Source: Nageia nagi
Lineage: Eukaryota; Plantae; Pinophyta
Reading direction: 5' to 3'
Assembly (NCBI GenBank): GCA_050084985.1
Contig: JBITNC010000001.1
Coordinates: 3,410,001 to 3,474,000 of the forward strand
DNA length: 64,000 bases
Shown: piece after piece, positions 14,100 to 27,796 of the stretch
Numbering within the stretch: position 1 is the first letter of the stretch
Layout of the letters: each line of letters opens with the position of its first letter
Notes under the pieces: generated by a model
Seen by the model: the letters and a program-made list of their open reading frames with translations, nothing else
Told to the model about the DNA's origin: nothing
Databases searched by the model: none
Position numbers and translations under genes: made by a program

Positions 14100-15359
14100 G
14101 CCTTCATTGCTCTTCTAAACATCTTAACATTTTTCCATTCCTTTCCTCTCTTGCTAATCCAACCCTATTTTGCAAAGTGCCTTTGCTTCCTATAGACCTT
14201 TTTAAACCTCATCTTAGGGATGAGATTTTGGATTTTGCTAGGGCCAAGGCCTATAGATACCTATTCTAGGTGTTGTTCTTATGGTTATTGGGGCATATGA
14301 TGTTGCTGTGATTCCTTCATCTCCTCAAAGTGAACACGATGGGGACTATCTCCACTCCTCTTCTTCCTCTAAGGAAGCTCAAAATTCCTTTGAATCCTTA
14401 TCCTTCGATCAGAGAGGGGACTCAACATGGATGTCATCTTCATCGCCCATAGTGACTAGAGAAATTGGTGATTCCTACTTCTTTTCCTCTTCCACCTTCA
14501 TCCTACTCAAGTTGATCCCCACCTCCTCCTCATCATCATCATTTGAGTAATCCATTAGCTTGTTTTTTATTTTTTTTAGGTTCAGGTTCTAGCATTTCCT
14601 CCTCTTAGGTGAGATTATTTGAGTCAGAAGAAAGCTCTATGATTGGGGGAATGGTCAGCTACTTAGGTGAAGAGGGGCTTATACTGGCTTCATAACCTAG
14701 ATTTCCCATAGGAGTAGTGTCTAATAATGGGGGAATAAGCATTTATTGATACAGGGGTCTGATTCTTCTAGCACCCACATTCATAAAATCTACTAACACC
14801 TTGATCAATCCCTGGTGGATCAAAATCGCTTGCCTATTTTTCCTAATGAAAGCATATAAGGATTGGAATAATAAATAAGGCAAATTGATTCTGCAACTAC
14901 CCCTAAAGTGATTTAACAATACAAAATGAACACCAATAATTCAATGTACCTTCCTTCAATTATGAACAACTTCATAATCACCTTTGCCACCTCATCCCAT
15001 GGGTAGTGAATTATTGAAATGTGATCAACAAACTTCCTTGTTTGAGGGAGGGGAACCCCTGGCCCATAGAACAATTGTATCTTCAAGATTAGAGTCTTCA
15101 TATCTCTTCTATATTGTTGTCATAAATTTTCCATGCTCATAGCTACCTCAATGAGTTTTGGATTGATGGAAAAGTGCTTACCATCCACCATAACTCTATC
15201 ATTATCCCATGAATTAGCTACCTATCTGGACTAGATAGGATTGTATCCATTTAGGGCATCCACAAAATCATCAATTCCCCCATTACAAAGAACTCGCCAT
15301 ACTTCTGGGTCCCTTCTCAATTCTTCACCTATAGGAGATTCCAGGAGCTGCTGACCCAT
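14100..15359 (-). pseudogene. Degenerate extra ORF (ORF3) of the LINE
   Basis: ATG at 15359: MGQQLLESPIGEELRRDPEVWRVLCNGGIDDFVDALNGYNP...YPWDEVAKVIMKLFIIEGRY...LNHFRG..INLPYLLFQSL...HQGLIKVL, followed by an acidic low-complexity tail. 3' end approximate. Confidence 0.65.
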
Positions 15360-16529
15360 CATTCTTTTTGCATGCAACCAATTGAGAGTCTTATTATAGG
15401 TGATACTATTATGGTGATCGAGGTGCCTAACAAACTGTCTAATCCAAGCCTTCCACCTACCTACCGAATCTACAATCCATCTCCTCTTAATTCGTAGCAG
15501 CTGTATGGGAGGAAAGCATGTCCCATCTGCATGTACTTTCCTTCAAGCTTGCCTCCCTTCTCACATGTTAATCACATGTGGAGCATTCATTCCCCCATCC
15601 CTACCATTATCCAAGTCTTGCTCTTCATGTTTACAACAGACCCTCCAGTTTTCATCTACCATATACTGCATCTTTTTGACTAACTTCTTTACAGGAAACA
15701 ATTTCTCTTGGAATATACATATGTTTCATTCTTTCCAAATCTCCCAAAGCATATGGGGGAGTGTCATTTCCCATTTTTATTTTTCTTCTTTTTTAGGGAC
15801 ATTAGGGGGCTATTTTGAAATTGATTCTATTATATCCACACTAAGTTCAAATCTCTTGTCCCCTAAGACTCCATTACAGACATCCTATATGATAGGGCAG
15901 AATTGGTAAAGGTGATCTACAATTTCTTCCACTTTGTAGCATAGGGAACATCTGTTGATGAACACATTACCTCTTTTGCTTAGGTTTTCAATTATGGAGA
16001 TTCATTTTCTATAGATCAACCAAAGAAGTGGGAAACCTTAGGGTTGACCCCCTTCACCCAGAATTTCTTAACTGGGAAATCATTAGGTTGTTCCTCTAGT
16101 AGAGCCAGGTAACCAGATTTTACCAAGTACACAACTCCTTTCCTAGGTTTCCATCTTAGGATGTCTGGCCTGTAGTATAGAGGTAAAGGTGTAATAATTA
16201 ATAAAATATTAATTGCTTCCACAGCTCAAGCAAGGTTATGACTTGGAGGTTGAAGCTTCTCCATTGATGTTGGTCATAATTATTTTCTATATAGCATTAA
16301 AATTTATAGCCTACATTGTCCCTCCCCCATTTGGTAAGGTCTATCATACTTGGGTTATATTTAAGGGGCTAATCACTGATCCACTTATCTTCCCAGAATT
16401 CCATGTCTCTTCCATCCCTAATACTCAAAGTGGCATTATCTTTTAGAAAGTGCCTGGTTTTGAAGATACCTTTCCAAAAATTTGATCTCTGCTTGATCTG
16501 ATTTGTTGTATCTATTTGAAGAACCCTCT

Positions 16530-17150
16530 TACTTTCTCTCTTCTTTCACTCTTATTTGTTCTATCCCAATATTGCATTAAGGGGGAGTGTTGGAATGTAT
16601 AATGCATTATTGTAAAGGTTTTGTAATAATCTTCTATGTAAGTTCACTAATACTTAAAGGTATCATTTGACATCTTAAATATTCAAGTGAATATGATAAT
16701 GTAACTTGTCCTACACTCCATGTCATGAGCATGCCCCTTGGGTAAAAGGGAGTTGCATGTCATTCCTTTGTAAATTGGGTAAAAGGGTGATCCAAAGAGG
16801 GACTTTGGCCTATAAATAGAATGCTCCCTCTTTGTGATCACATGCCAATTTGTGGAGTAAAGTTATGCTATAGGATAGAGTGTAGAAGATGAGATTAGGA
16901 GATTTGTAAGAGGTTCATATTTGTGAATGAAGTAAGATCTAGTTAGTGGATGTACTTCTAGTTGGAGGAACCACTTAATCTCTTATGTCACTTTGTGAGA
17001 TTATCTTCTTTGAGTTATTTAGATGTGAGTTTGAGCTTTCATGAGATCTTGGTAGTGTAGGGTTATTTATGTTATATTGCAATTCTCTTATTTTGAGCCT
17101 TCCTTAAGGTATTTATGTTGAAATATTTGTACATATTTCCTATTCTCACA
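16530..17150 (+). mobile_element. Truncated LTR-retrotransposon 3' end (PPT + LTR) inserted in LINE ORF2
   Basis: PPT aagggggag, then TG at 16588 through CA at 17150. TATA-like tataaata inside. LINE sequence on both sides. Confidence 0.7.
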
Positions 17151-18854
17151 TGTGCTCATCTTCTAGGAAAGTTTCCCCCATAGTGCTATATTAAAGTGTC
17201 GTAGACTAACCCACCTTATGTTTTTGGTCTATACACTTTCTTCCAACTGACCTAGGCAATTCATTTCTTGTCCTCCATTCCTGTCCATAGAAATTGGTTA
17301 CATATTTGATCAATTTGCTCATAGATGCTAATTGGGGTTTCGAAGATAGAGGCAAAGTAGACATGCATGCTTTGGAGGATAGTTTTCAATAGCAAGAATT
17401 TGCTAGCTATTAACAAGATTGCTCCTTTCCAACCTACGAGCTTCTTTTGAATTATTTCTACGAGTGTCAGCTAGAGATTCTTTCTTGAGAGTTTGATGAA
17501 TAAAGGCATTCCCAAGTATGTCATCAGGAGGCTATCAATCTGACATCTAAAATATTTTTGCAATCTTTCTCCCTATTGACAGGGGTGTGGATGAAGAAGA
17601 GTTTACTTTTGTCAAAATTTATCTTCTGTTGTGAGGCTCCTTCGTAGAGTTGTAGAATTTTCAAATAGTTTCTTGCTTCTACCATATACACCTTTCCCAT
17701 AATTAAAGTATCATCCACAAATTGACTATGGGTGCTGACAATGTATGCATTATCTAGTCTAAATCCCTAAATTTTTCCTATTATTTTCTAGTTTCCAATA
17801 CTTCTCCATAAGGCTTCAGCCATTATGATGAATAAGTACGGGGACATTGGGTTTCCTTACCTGATCCCCCTTTTATAATGGAAAAAACTCATAGGTTCCC
17901 CATTAATCAAAATTGAGAAAGTATTCATGGAGATGTATTGATTTATCCATGCCCACTAGGTAGCTGAGAAGCCAAATTTTTCATAAATCCTTTCCAAGAA
18001 GGCCCAGTGCACTATGTCATATGCTTTCTGCATATCCAACTTCATAAGGAAGGTTGCCTCATTTTCTTTTTGAGCCAAGTGAAGCACTTCATACATTTCT
18101 ATTAATCCATCCACAATTTGTCTACCTTGAACAAATTTGCCTTATTTGGGTGAAATAAGGTAGGGAAGAACCATTTTCAGTCTATTGGCCATTATTTTGC
18201 TTAAGATTTTATAGACTATATTACATCAGTTGATCAAGCGAAATTGGATCAAAGCTAGGAATGTGGTGTTCGAGGCTTTCAATAACTATCCAAAAGTTTG
18301 GATCTCTCTAATTACCTCAGAAACATCTTGCCGCATTATGTGCCAGAATCTCTGGAAGAATTCAACGAGGAAGTCATTTGGGCCTGAAGCTTTGTTATGC
18401 GCCATGGTGAATATTGTATGTTTTATTTCCTCATCTGAAAAGGGTGTAGTTAGCCTTTTGTTTTGTTCATCTGTTACCAATGTTGGAATATTTTCTAATA
18501 TTTCCTCTATCTGAGCTATATTAAGTTCCTCTTCCATGGACAACAGATGATGAAAGAATCTTACCCCTGTGTCTTTGATTTTCCCGACATTCTATGTTAG
18601 AGCCCCTTGATTGTTCTTTATCTCTACAATCTTGTTTTGTGCTCTATTCTTGAAAGTTGTCATTTTGAAAAATATTGTATTTTGATCTCCTTCTTGTAGC
18701 CATGTAATCCTAGATTTCTATCTTCACTTGGTTTCCTCTTGGGCCATCGTGTTGTGTAGATCACAAAGAACTATATTTTCTATGCCCCTACCCTCCTTCA
18801 CCTATAAAATACTTACCAATATATTGATAGTTAGCTTGATATTAAAAATACCCC

Positions 18855-19110
18855 CTGGCAGGAATCACATGGTATTTACCATTTCCTAAAAGTGATCCCC
18901 CATGGATTTTACCAATAAAGCTCTTAGGCCTAAATTCATACGTATCTTTTTAGAAACTCAAGTCCCTTCCCATTGCCTAAACATTCACAATCAATCTCAT
19001 ACCCGCAAGAATAGTATATAAATCCACACTACAGGCCTCACTTGATACATGAGGACCCAAGAATGGTGCAACTGGATGCAGTTTAAAGGTATCCTTCACT
19101 ATGTACTTGA
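18855..19110 (-). pseudogene. Cytochrome P450 C-terminal fragment
   Basis: YIVKDTFKLHPVAPFLGPHVSSEACSVDLYTILAGMRLIVNV*AMGRD...YEFRPKSF gives the ExxR and PERF regions of a CYP71-clan-like P450, degenerate. Confidence 0.85.
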
Positions 19111-19825
19111 AAGCAAATGTTATGGAAAAAATATACAATATAATGAACTCAACATAAACTATGAAAATTATAACCCTTAGATTCCACCAAGGCAAATGGT
19201 TACCCTCTCTGTGAAAGCTATAAGAGTCAAAAGAGGGAAATCCTAAAATATTACCATTCCCTTGCAAACACAAATATGAAATCCATTACGTTTGTATACA
19301 AAGCATTGGCATCATGGAAGGATCCAATATATGTAAAGTGCACAGATAGATAACTCCCACCATTGATTTGTAGGATGATGGACGGTAAATAATAAGTCAA
19401 TCAATCATCTCGATCTATGGTCCACAAATTGAGGGAAAGTACACACTATATTGATTAGTTAATTTTAAGGGTAGTTTAGCTTTTACTATTTTTCAAAATT
19501 TGAGGGAAAATATAAATAGTATTTATTAAATTTTGGTGATTTTACAGAATAAATAAGTGTAATTATAATATTTTGATGATTTTTTAAAATTAATAAATTT
19601 TTATTATAATTTTTTGGGAATTTTTAATTTCAATTTTTACTTTCTTTGAGATGGCTATTTTAGTTTTATTTTTTAAATGATTTTACACATTTGGCTATTT
19701 AACTAGAGAAACATTTTCCTATTATAAAATTTTGTCAATTTAGAAAAATATTTTACTCAAATTATTTTAGAAATCTTGAAAAATAGTTATTTTTTGAGGA
19801 ATCAAGCTAAGCTTAAAAAAACCCA

Positions 19826-22800
19826 AAAAAACCCCAATAAAGGCTATCCAAGCAAATACGAGCTGTAGAATACCAAGACCAATGATGCATTGAAATGATG
19901 CCCCAATGATGGGACATTGAGTCACACAAGTTGAATAATATCCCCAAAGTATAAATATCACTTTGTATGTCCATAATTTTTGATGAAATATGCCCTCAAT
20001 AGTTGGTTAAATTTGAATCTCTACCTACCAAATCATCAATAATGATGCTCAAGTGCAAACCCTAAGGTAGATTTACCAACAACACTAAGGGATCAAACCT
20101 TATATCCAATCACATAGCAAGAGCCATCACTTGTCTATCTGATTTGGGCTTCCTAAAGAGAGGGATCATCACCAATCCTAAAAAAGAATGAGCAAGAGTC
20201 AACCTTGTCTCCACAAGAGTCACTTAGATCCTCCAAACTCACAATAGCATAACAAAATCATACCTAAATTAGATGTCTAGGATCCTTTTATAACATCTTG
20301 TTCTAATTCTTCATTGACTGTTCCCAAGGCATCCATTACGAATTAAGTTTATTTTACAAATAAAAATTAAAATATATATTATTATGTCTTCTAACACATA
20401 ATCCCTTATAGCTCTCTCTTTACTATTTTCTTTTGAATAAAATACCAAACTTAGCCCCAAAATTGAAAAATGCAAATCAACCACCACACCACAAATATAT
20501 ACACATGGGAGATTGAAAAATGGGATATTACAATACACCCTCCTTAAGATTGCTTGTCTTGTAGCAATCGAATACAAATAATCCATGCTCAATAATAATA
20601 CCAGCATCCCAAACTAATCTTAATAATCATGTATACCACTGTTTGAATTCACTACCCAAACTGTCAAAGAATGCAACCTTAACTCTATGTACCATTTCCC
20701 CTATTTGGCCTTCATTTAAAGTGCTAAAATATGAAGAAAATGACATACCTTATTATTCCCACCCTGTTATATCATTAGCCCTTGAAATAATTACTGAATT
20801 ACAATAAATATATTCACTTGCATCATAAATCATCATAAACCTTATCATCAAATGCTACCTTATTGAATGCAATGGTCAAAGCCTTTGATGGCATCCAGTA
20901 AATATTGAATATCTTCAATGTTTTTCCTCTAACAATCCTCATAAATGTTGCCATAATGTTCAATTGAGAATGCACCTCATTTACATTCAAATGTGGATCA
21001 AGAACAATCCCTAACATTTGGTTATTTTTCACCAATACATAACATACCTTAGGATGTGAGCATGAAAGTGCTTGTACACAGCCTCATGTAGTGCAACAAT
21101 AGAAATATCTATCATTGTAGAAGTATATTCATCTCATGCATAAGAAAAGTTTGTAGCTAACACATTATTTACTATTGTGATCGGATCTTGTCCTTAATAG
21201 ATGTCAAAAGATGAAGAGTATGGTTGTATATGCATCAAATTCCCATCAGCCAACAAATCAGTTTCTAAAGATGTGAAAACACTCCCAAAATTGGTAATAA
21301 TAGTGGGTTTATGTATAACAAAAAATTTATCCTTATGCACAACCTTTGTATCAATTTTTGTAGCTCCCTTTATATCCTCAAAAGGCAAATAATCACCTCC
21401 CAAATGTTGATCATTTGTCACATTATTTGAACAGTCCATCCTCTTTACATCATGATGCTCATATAGTTGTGTAGAGAGTTCCTTACCTTCCTAATTTTAT
21501 GGCTTCCCCATATCAATCCTATTCATGTTTTTCTTTTCTAAAAACTCTTGTTTTTGATAATCATCATGAATACTTTGTTCCAAAATAATTAAACTTCAAG
21601 AATTTGAATCCAAATTTTCTTCTTTCTCTTTACTCATGCTATGCCCTTGGATGGAACCATTGTCATATAAAAAGAGTTGGGTACAAGGTGTATCACTTAC
21701 CTCTTCCAAATCTGATGCAATGGCATCCTTATTGGAAAAGTCACTTTCCGACATCATCTTGATGATATCCATTTTGAATTTCATCATAGATGTGTTTTCA
21801 CTACCATCAAATTCTTCATCAAATTTAGGCTCTCCACAATCATCAAATTTGGGATCACCTAAATATAATGACTTGTTTTTATGATCTTCACTATCCTTAT
21901 GACTAATAGGGCTATGCAAAGTTGTCATACTACTATCATACAAATCAAAATTTACCTCATTAATTTCAATTGTAGCTTCTTCAATAAAATTTTCATTGGT
22001 AGACTTTAAAGCAAAGCTAATAAATTTTGATTTTCTCTCAATATTTTCTTATTTACCTTCTTCATTTAGTTGCACCTTGTCTTCAAAAGGAGATGGTTCA
22101 GCTTGACATTTCATTTCTACACTTGGTATGATCAGTGCATCATAATGCCACCCATACCCATCATATAACACATTAATAGTATTTTCATGTCCATATTCTT
22201 GTCCATACTTTGCAATGGATGAAAATTTAGCATGTTTTTCTCATATAAATAAACTATTTGGCATTTTGATGATATGTGTGGCTATTAACAATTCAAGTTC
22301 TCCACCCGATACCTGTGGCTTTCTCATATGTTGATCATATGCATCAAAATCTCCCTCTATACACCATTCTATTTCTTCTCTCCTTTTAAGTTCATTTGCA
22401 ACATTAGCCCTTAAATTAATAGTGAGTTTTCTCATGGTACTATTACTTGGAGATGATTTACCTTTTTTCTCAACCAAACACCAAAGAAATTGCTCTAAAG
22501 AGGCAACTACCATCACCCTTCACTGTTGCTACCATAACATAATCCTCAAATTCCAAATCTGATTTATTGCTTTCACATACATGATCAAGGGCCCAAGCCT
22601 CATGGCATGTGAAACAACACTGCTCTTTTCTTATATGATTCTCGCTTTTGTGGTGAATATTTAAAATCTGTAACTCTTTGGAAGTCACTTCTTTTCTTAT
22701 CACTTGTGGTTTTCCCTTAGCTTGCTTAGTTTGTTTAGTATCATCATTAATAGCAAATTTAGAGGTTATTGATTCTTTTCTTACAATTCCTATAAATATA

Positions 22801-25102
22801 TGAGAAAAGATCTCACTCCCTTGAGCCCTTGTAACTCCATTAGATGTAGATGTTTGTAGTAGATTGCTTTTCTTGAACTTGTTACCTTCTTTCCTATAAA
22901 TTGAAGATAATTTTGGAAATCATATGCTTTTCTAGAGATTTCTAATTTTTGCATATATTCTTCAAATAGGTTGTCCAAATCATCTTCATGCCTCACTTCT
23001 TCCTCTTGGGTTGTAAATATAGGCTTGGGAGGTGTATGAGAATGCCTTATTGAATTTGCACTCCCATAATCATTCTGCCTCAAGTTTGGTTTTTGTATAT
23101 TGGTATCAAATTACCTTAGCAATTACCATAGCCTATCACATTTCTATTCAAAACTTTTCTCCATCTTTGCTATTGGTTATTTCAAATTGGCTTCTACCCA
23201 TGTTGCAAATTCAACATTGTATTGCTATTAATGCTGCCAAGTAATGGGTTTTACAAAGTTGCCACACATTGCTAGAATGCTCAACAATACCAAAACACCT
23301 TTGATTTAGCTATTTAAACATTGCCTACACACTGCTTAATCACTGCTAAAGATACTGCCAAAACTGTTAACACCCTGTAGATGTTGCAAATTCTCTTAGA
23401 ATTCAACGTTGCACTCTTCTATTTTGTACACATTGCATGTATGTTGAAGTTGACTGCTCATCCAAGCTGATAATATGTTCAAAATATCTCAAATTCTATT
23501 GTGATATCACTGCTAGGAATGTGTGCTGATCATAATTCAACTTCTAAATAGTCAAATGGTGGTATATTTGCTTTGATCTGCCTACGATTCCACAAAATGG
23601 ATGATAAAATGATGTTGAAAATAGGAAGAATCTCCAAGGAATGGATGTTTGACATCTAAGTTCACAATTACTTCAAGACAAATACAAAACCCTGATTTTA
23701 ATGAGATATCAAACCCTGAGTTGCAAATTTATTGATGTAGGTAATAAATCAATTTCATACAACCTTGGATCTATTTTTTGAAGCTAAGGAAAATGATTCC
23801 AATCTTTGATCTACAATTTTTTCGAAAGTAAATGCCAAGGTTGAGTGAAATTCGTGAAATATGGTAGATCACTCTCCCAATTGATAGATCAATTTTGCAT
23901 GTACTTAGATCTATCAGATCACTCATTGATACGCTTGATCCCTTAGGTACTTGTAGATATGCTAAAATTATGAATGGATCTATTTAAAAACCCCTAGATA
24001 TGCAATTTGCAACCTTCAAATTGAATTTGCCACACCAAAACCCCAACTCAACTCTAAAAAAAGTCCACTCAAGACAAGGCTAGATTTGATAAAATATTGC
24101 TATATCTCCTCATAGGATGGCAAGATCTTAGCTCTGATACCACTATGATGATTCTATTCTATAATTCTACCAAACTCTAGCAAAATATTGAAATCTTTGC
24201 ACAACAAAATTTTAACACACTCAAATAAAATTCTAACAAATGCTACCAATAAATTCAAGTTTGTATTAGATATGGAAATAAGACATTTGCATCAATTAGA
24301 TCAACTCATACATTATCATATATGTACCACATAGTCTTTCAAGCTGGCCATCCAATATACTGCTAAAGAATATCAATAATCAGCTACCAATAAAACCCAA
24401 TAAAGACTATCCAATCAAATGCGGGTTGTAGAATATCACCAAGACCAATGATGCACTAAAATGATGACCCGATGATGGGATGTTGAGTCACACAGGCTGA
24501 ATAATGTCCCCAAAGTATAAATGTCACTTTGTATGTCCACAATTTCTGATGAAATATGCCCTCAATAGTTGGTTAACTCTAAATCTTTGCCCACCAAATC
24601 ATCAATAATGATGCCCAAGTGCAAACCCTAACGTAGATTTACCAACAACACTAAGGGATCAACCCTTATATATAATCAAATAGCAAGGGCCATCACTTGG
24701 CTATTTGATTAGGGCTTCCTGAATAGAGAGATCATCACCAATCCTCAAGAAGAATGATCAAGGGTCAGCCTTGTCTCCACAAGAATAACTTAGATCCTCC
24801 AAACTCACACTAACATAACAAAAACATATCCAAATGAGATGCCTAGCCTCCTTTTATAACATCTTGTTCTAATTCTTTGTTGACTATTCCCAAACATCCA
24901 TTATAACTCAAGTTTATTTTGCAAGTAAAAATTAAAATATCTTTTATTATATCTTCTAATACATAATCACTTATAGCTACCTCTTTACTATTTTATTATT
25001 TTCTTTTAAATAAAATACCACACTTAAACCACAAAACTTTAAAATGCAAACCACACACCACCCACAAATATACACGTGAGATTGAAAAAATGGGACATTA
25101 CA
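19826..25102 (-). mobile_element. Non-autonomous Gypsy-derived LTR element with host-gene cargo (gag-OTU)
   Basis: LTRs 19826-20532 (completed by 1465-1762) and 24144-25102. PBS reverse complement gctctgatacca 24131-24142. PPT next to 20533. Gag-like piece with CFTCHEAWALDHVC knuckle. No RT/IN motifs seen. Confidence 0.88.
22125..22530 (-). pseudogene. OTU deubiquitinase domain (plant OTU4-like) fused to a gag zinc knuckle
   Basis: VKGDGSCLFRAI / LRANVANELKRREEIEWCIEGDFDAYDQHMRKPQVSGGELELLIATHIIKMP / SIAKYGQEYGHENTINVLYDGYGWHYDAL. One frameshift and one stop. No introns. Confidence 0.92.
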
Positions 25103-26367
25103 TTTCTCCCCTATTTACAATCAAGTTCCCTACCATCAATACAAGGTTGAGGCTAGAGCTTCACAAGAAGAGAGGGCTTGGATGTTGCATTTATCATAAA
25201 CATAGAACTAACTGTCAATGATGCGTATACGTACCTATGGTGGATGCAAATTCCCTATTGTTGAGCTAACATAGACCTTGCTGCTCATTTTGTGATTTTT
25301 TTTCTAATATTTTGTCAAATACTAATAAATGTGAAGTCAATGTTTAACATCCTTTTAAACTATTGGTTTCTAGGACCTTTAAAGAGTTTTCAAATATCAC
25401 TAATGTTGGGGATGGGAGTAGAACTTGAGACAATTCAATGTGGGTGCCTTCATACCTCACTTGTCTGCCAAGTCCCTTGGCAAAAGTTGATAAGTTACTG
25501 TTTTGAGGTTTTAATAAACATCATCATATTGTACTTAATTTGGTTCTAGAATTTTATTTTAATGATTTATTTTCATTGGGTGGGTGTGAATGATTATGTT
25601 CAATTGTCCTTGAGAGTCTTGTTTTTTTTGAAAATAATTGTGCATTGTTCAGCGTTTTTCTTTATATGAGAAATAATAATTTAAATACTTTATTGGTATA
25701 TATTTACTTCTGAACAAACTTTGATAGGTCCTACAAACCAATGGGTTTAAAAGGATATTAAAAAGACATCTATCTATCCATCTATATATTTGTTCAATTT
25801 ATTTGTATAAGAGATTGCATGACACTAAAGAACTATGGAAAACAACAGTGTAATAAATATGTCTTTTCTTGCCGTAATGTCATACATAGATGCTAAGCCT
25901 TTCAAGCCTTAGAAGACATGCAAAATGTTTGTTAAAGAAACTAAATAAACAAATTAACAATAAAACACATTCAAAAACAACGAGGATATGATTTTACAAA
26001 AGATATCAAATTGATCCTCATCCACTGTTTTCATAATCACAGAAACTACAAAAACTAGAACTATAAAACCTTAATACACAAAAAGTGGAAAATGTGTAGC
26101 CTAGCTAGATTATCTAGTGCCAAAAGGGGGAAATTTCCATCTACAAATCACAGATAAAATCTTTTAGATGCAAGGTGAACTATTTGGGATGCCTCTATAC
26201 TAATGAGTCCAGAAAATACCCCATTACTGACATAATATTGTTATCTAATGGGTGCACTTAAAGGGATACTTTAAGTAAATAATAATATATATTGTATGCT
26301 TACTAGTCTAATTAGAGATAAACTGTCATATTATGTTATTTGCTAATATTTTATGATTTATGTACTT

Positions 26368-27796
26368 TTATGTACTATGGAAACAATAAAAAAGTTAAAG
26401 ATATAGCTCTTTGACCAATGGTTCGAAGATAGTCCATATCAACAATCCTCTTCTGGCTATGAAGGCACAATGACTTGTTCACAACAACTCCAGACACACT
26501 ACCTTCAGCTCCAGATGAAACTCTATCTGCTCTGGACACCATCAAAACAACTCCGGCCAACTTTTCGTTGACCAAATGACATCAAAATAGGGTATATAAT
26601 ATATCGATTAAAAGCTATTGAAACAAGCTTTCCATTTATGTATAGATCGAAGACAATGGAGCTACCATGAAAAAGATATGGCCTCGAAAGTTGTTGTCAT
26701 GTGTATACTGTAAGGTTGAAAATCAGAGTAACAGCTAAATGCCCGAATAGAAATCAAACATAAACATGCTATATATTTTCGGAAAGCTCTTGAAAAAGGG
26801 TATCCAAAAATATAAAGATATCATAGATTTGGTACATCATGCAAATATTATGGCTGCTGCAAATTTGCCCAGCATTCAACACGTACAGTTGGAGATGATA
26901 TCCTATTTTGAAGACAAGGCATTAAAGCAGATCCTACAGAGGTGGAGATTTGTTGTTATTTATTATACACAACCAGATTTAGAGCAACCAAGATTGGAGA
27001 ACAAAGAATAGACCAGATCTGAAGATTCTCATCTTTTGGTACCCAAGTTAGCACTATATCTTCTATCTTCTAAATATGGACTGGATTGTAACCATGGATA
27101 GTTTGTTTTATTTGTACTGAGTCATTTTTAGCATAATATAAAAACAATAAATACCTCTAGGAGGAGACACGCAAAGAGATATGCAAAATATAGAGATATA
27201 CAGAATATAGAATAGAGAGATAGAATATTGTGGGAGACTGAAACATTTTCAGTATCTATTTGTACGTAGTTGATTCATGAATAAAAGCTGATCATTATAT
27301 GAACTTTTGAATTTTTTTCAGGCACTTTGCTGGATGAAGTTGGGCCCCCTTCAACCAGTAGAGTTGCCCTTACATTTTTGTAGTAGTTATTTTCAGCAAT
27401 AGTATGAGTATCATTTTCTATTGTGCAGTTCCTTTCTCGCAATTTCCATTGTCAAGGCCTTATTGCAACTGCTAGATTAGATTTTCCAATTCCTACAATT
27501 TCAATTCTTGTAATTTCCATTTTTGCAATTTCCAATCATGCAACTTTCAATCTTTCAATTAGATATATAGTGAGTAGGACAGGGTTCAATTGCATACAAC
27601 CTTAGGACACCACCAGGATTTGACAAGTAATCAAGAAGTTAAATGTGGATTCTCAAAATTGGTGAGAGGACAAAAAAACTATCCTAAGTGTTGGAGCATC
27701 AGCTCCTTTAACTAACTGGTCCCTTCACAGTAACAGGTGAGAGGTTCACCAAAGGAGGGTTAGTGACAGACCCTGAAGTGGAAATTTGGGGGTTCA
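26368..27796. mobile_element. Probable solo LTR
   Basis: Flanked by TACTT (26363-26367, 27797-27801). Ends in ...ggttCA, but the start is tt rather than tg. Non-coding. Confidence 0.5.

Larger units (their letters stand above)
13676..18781 (-). mobile_element. 5'-truncated L1-type LINE with ORF2 (RT, zf-RVT) and an extra 3' ORF
   Basis: 17-bp TSD atacccctaccctcctt (13659-13675) / atgcccctaccctcctt (18782-18798). T-run (poly-A tail) at ~13674-13681. Motifs WLQEGDQNT, KASGPNDF, KLDMQKAYD, QFVDDT, RCSLCYKVEEIVDHL. Confidence 0.92.
1763..19825. mobile_element. ~18-kb insertion splitting an LTR; possible hAT/MULE-like carrier with nested Copia and LINE
   Basis: 8-bp flanks aataaacc (1755-1762) and aaaaaacc (19826-19833). 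Imperfect inverted ends tagggttcattttaag / cttaaaaaaaccca. Removing the block restores an LTR colinear with 24144-25102. Confidence 0.55.
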
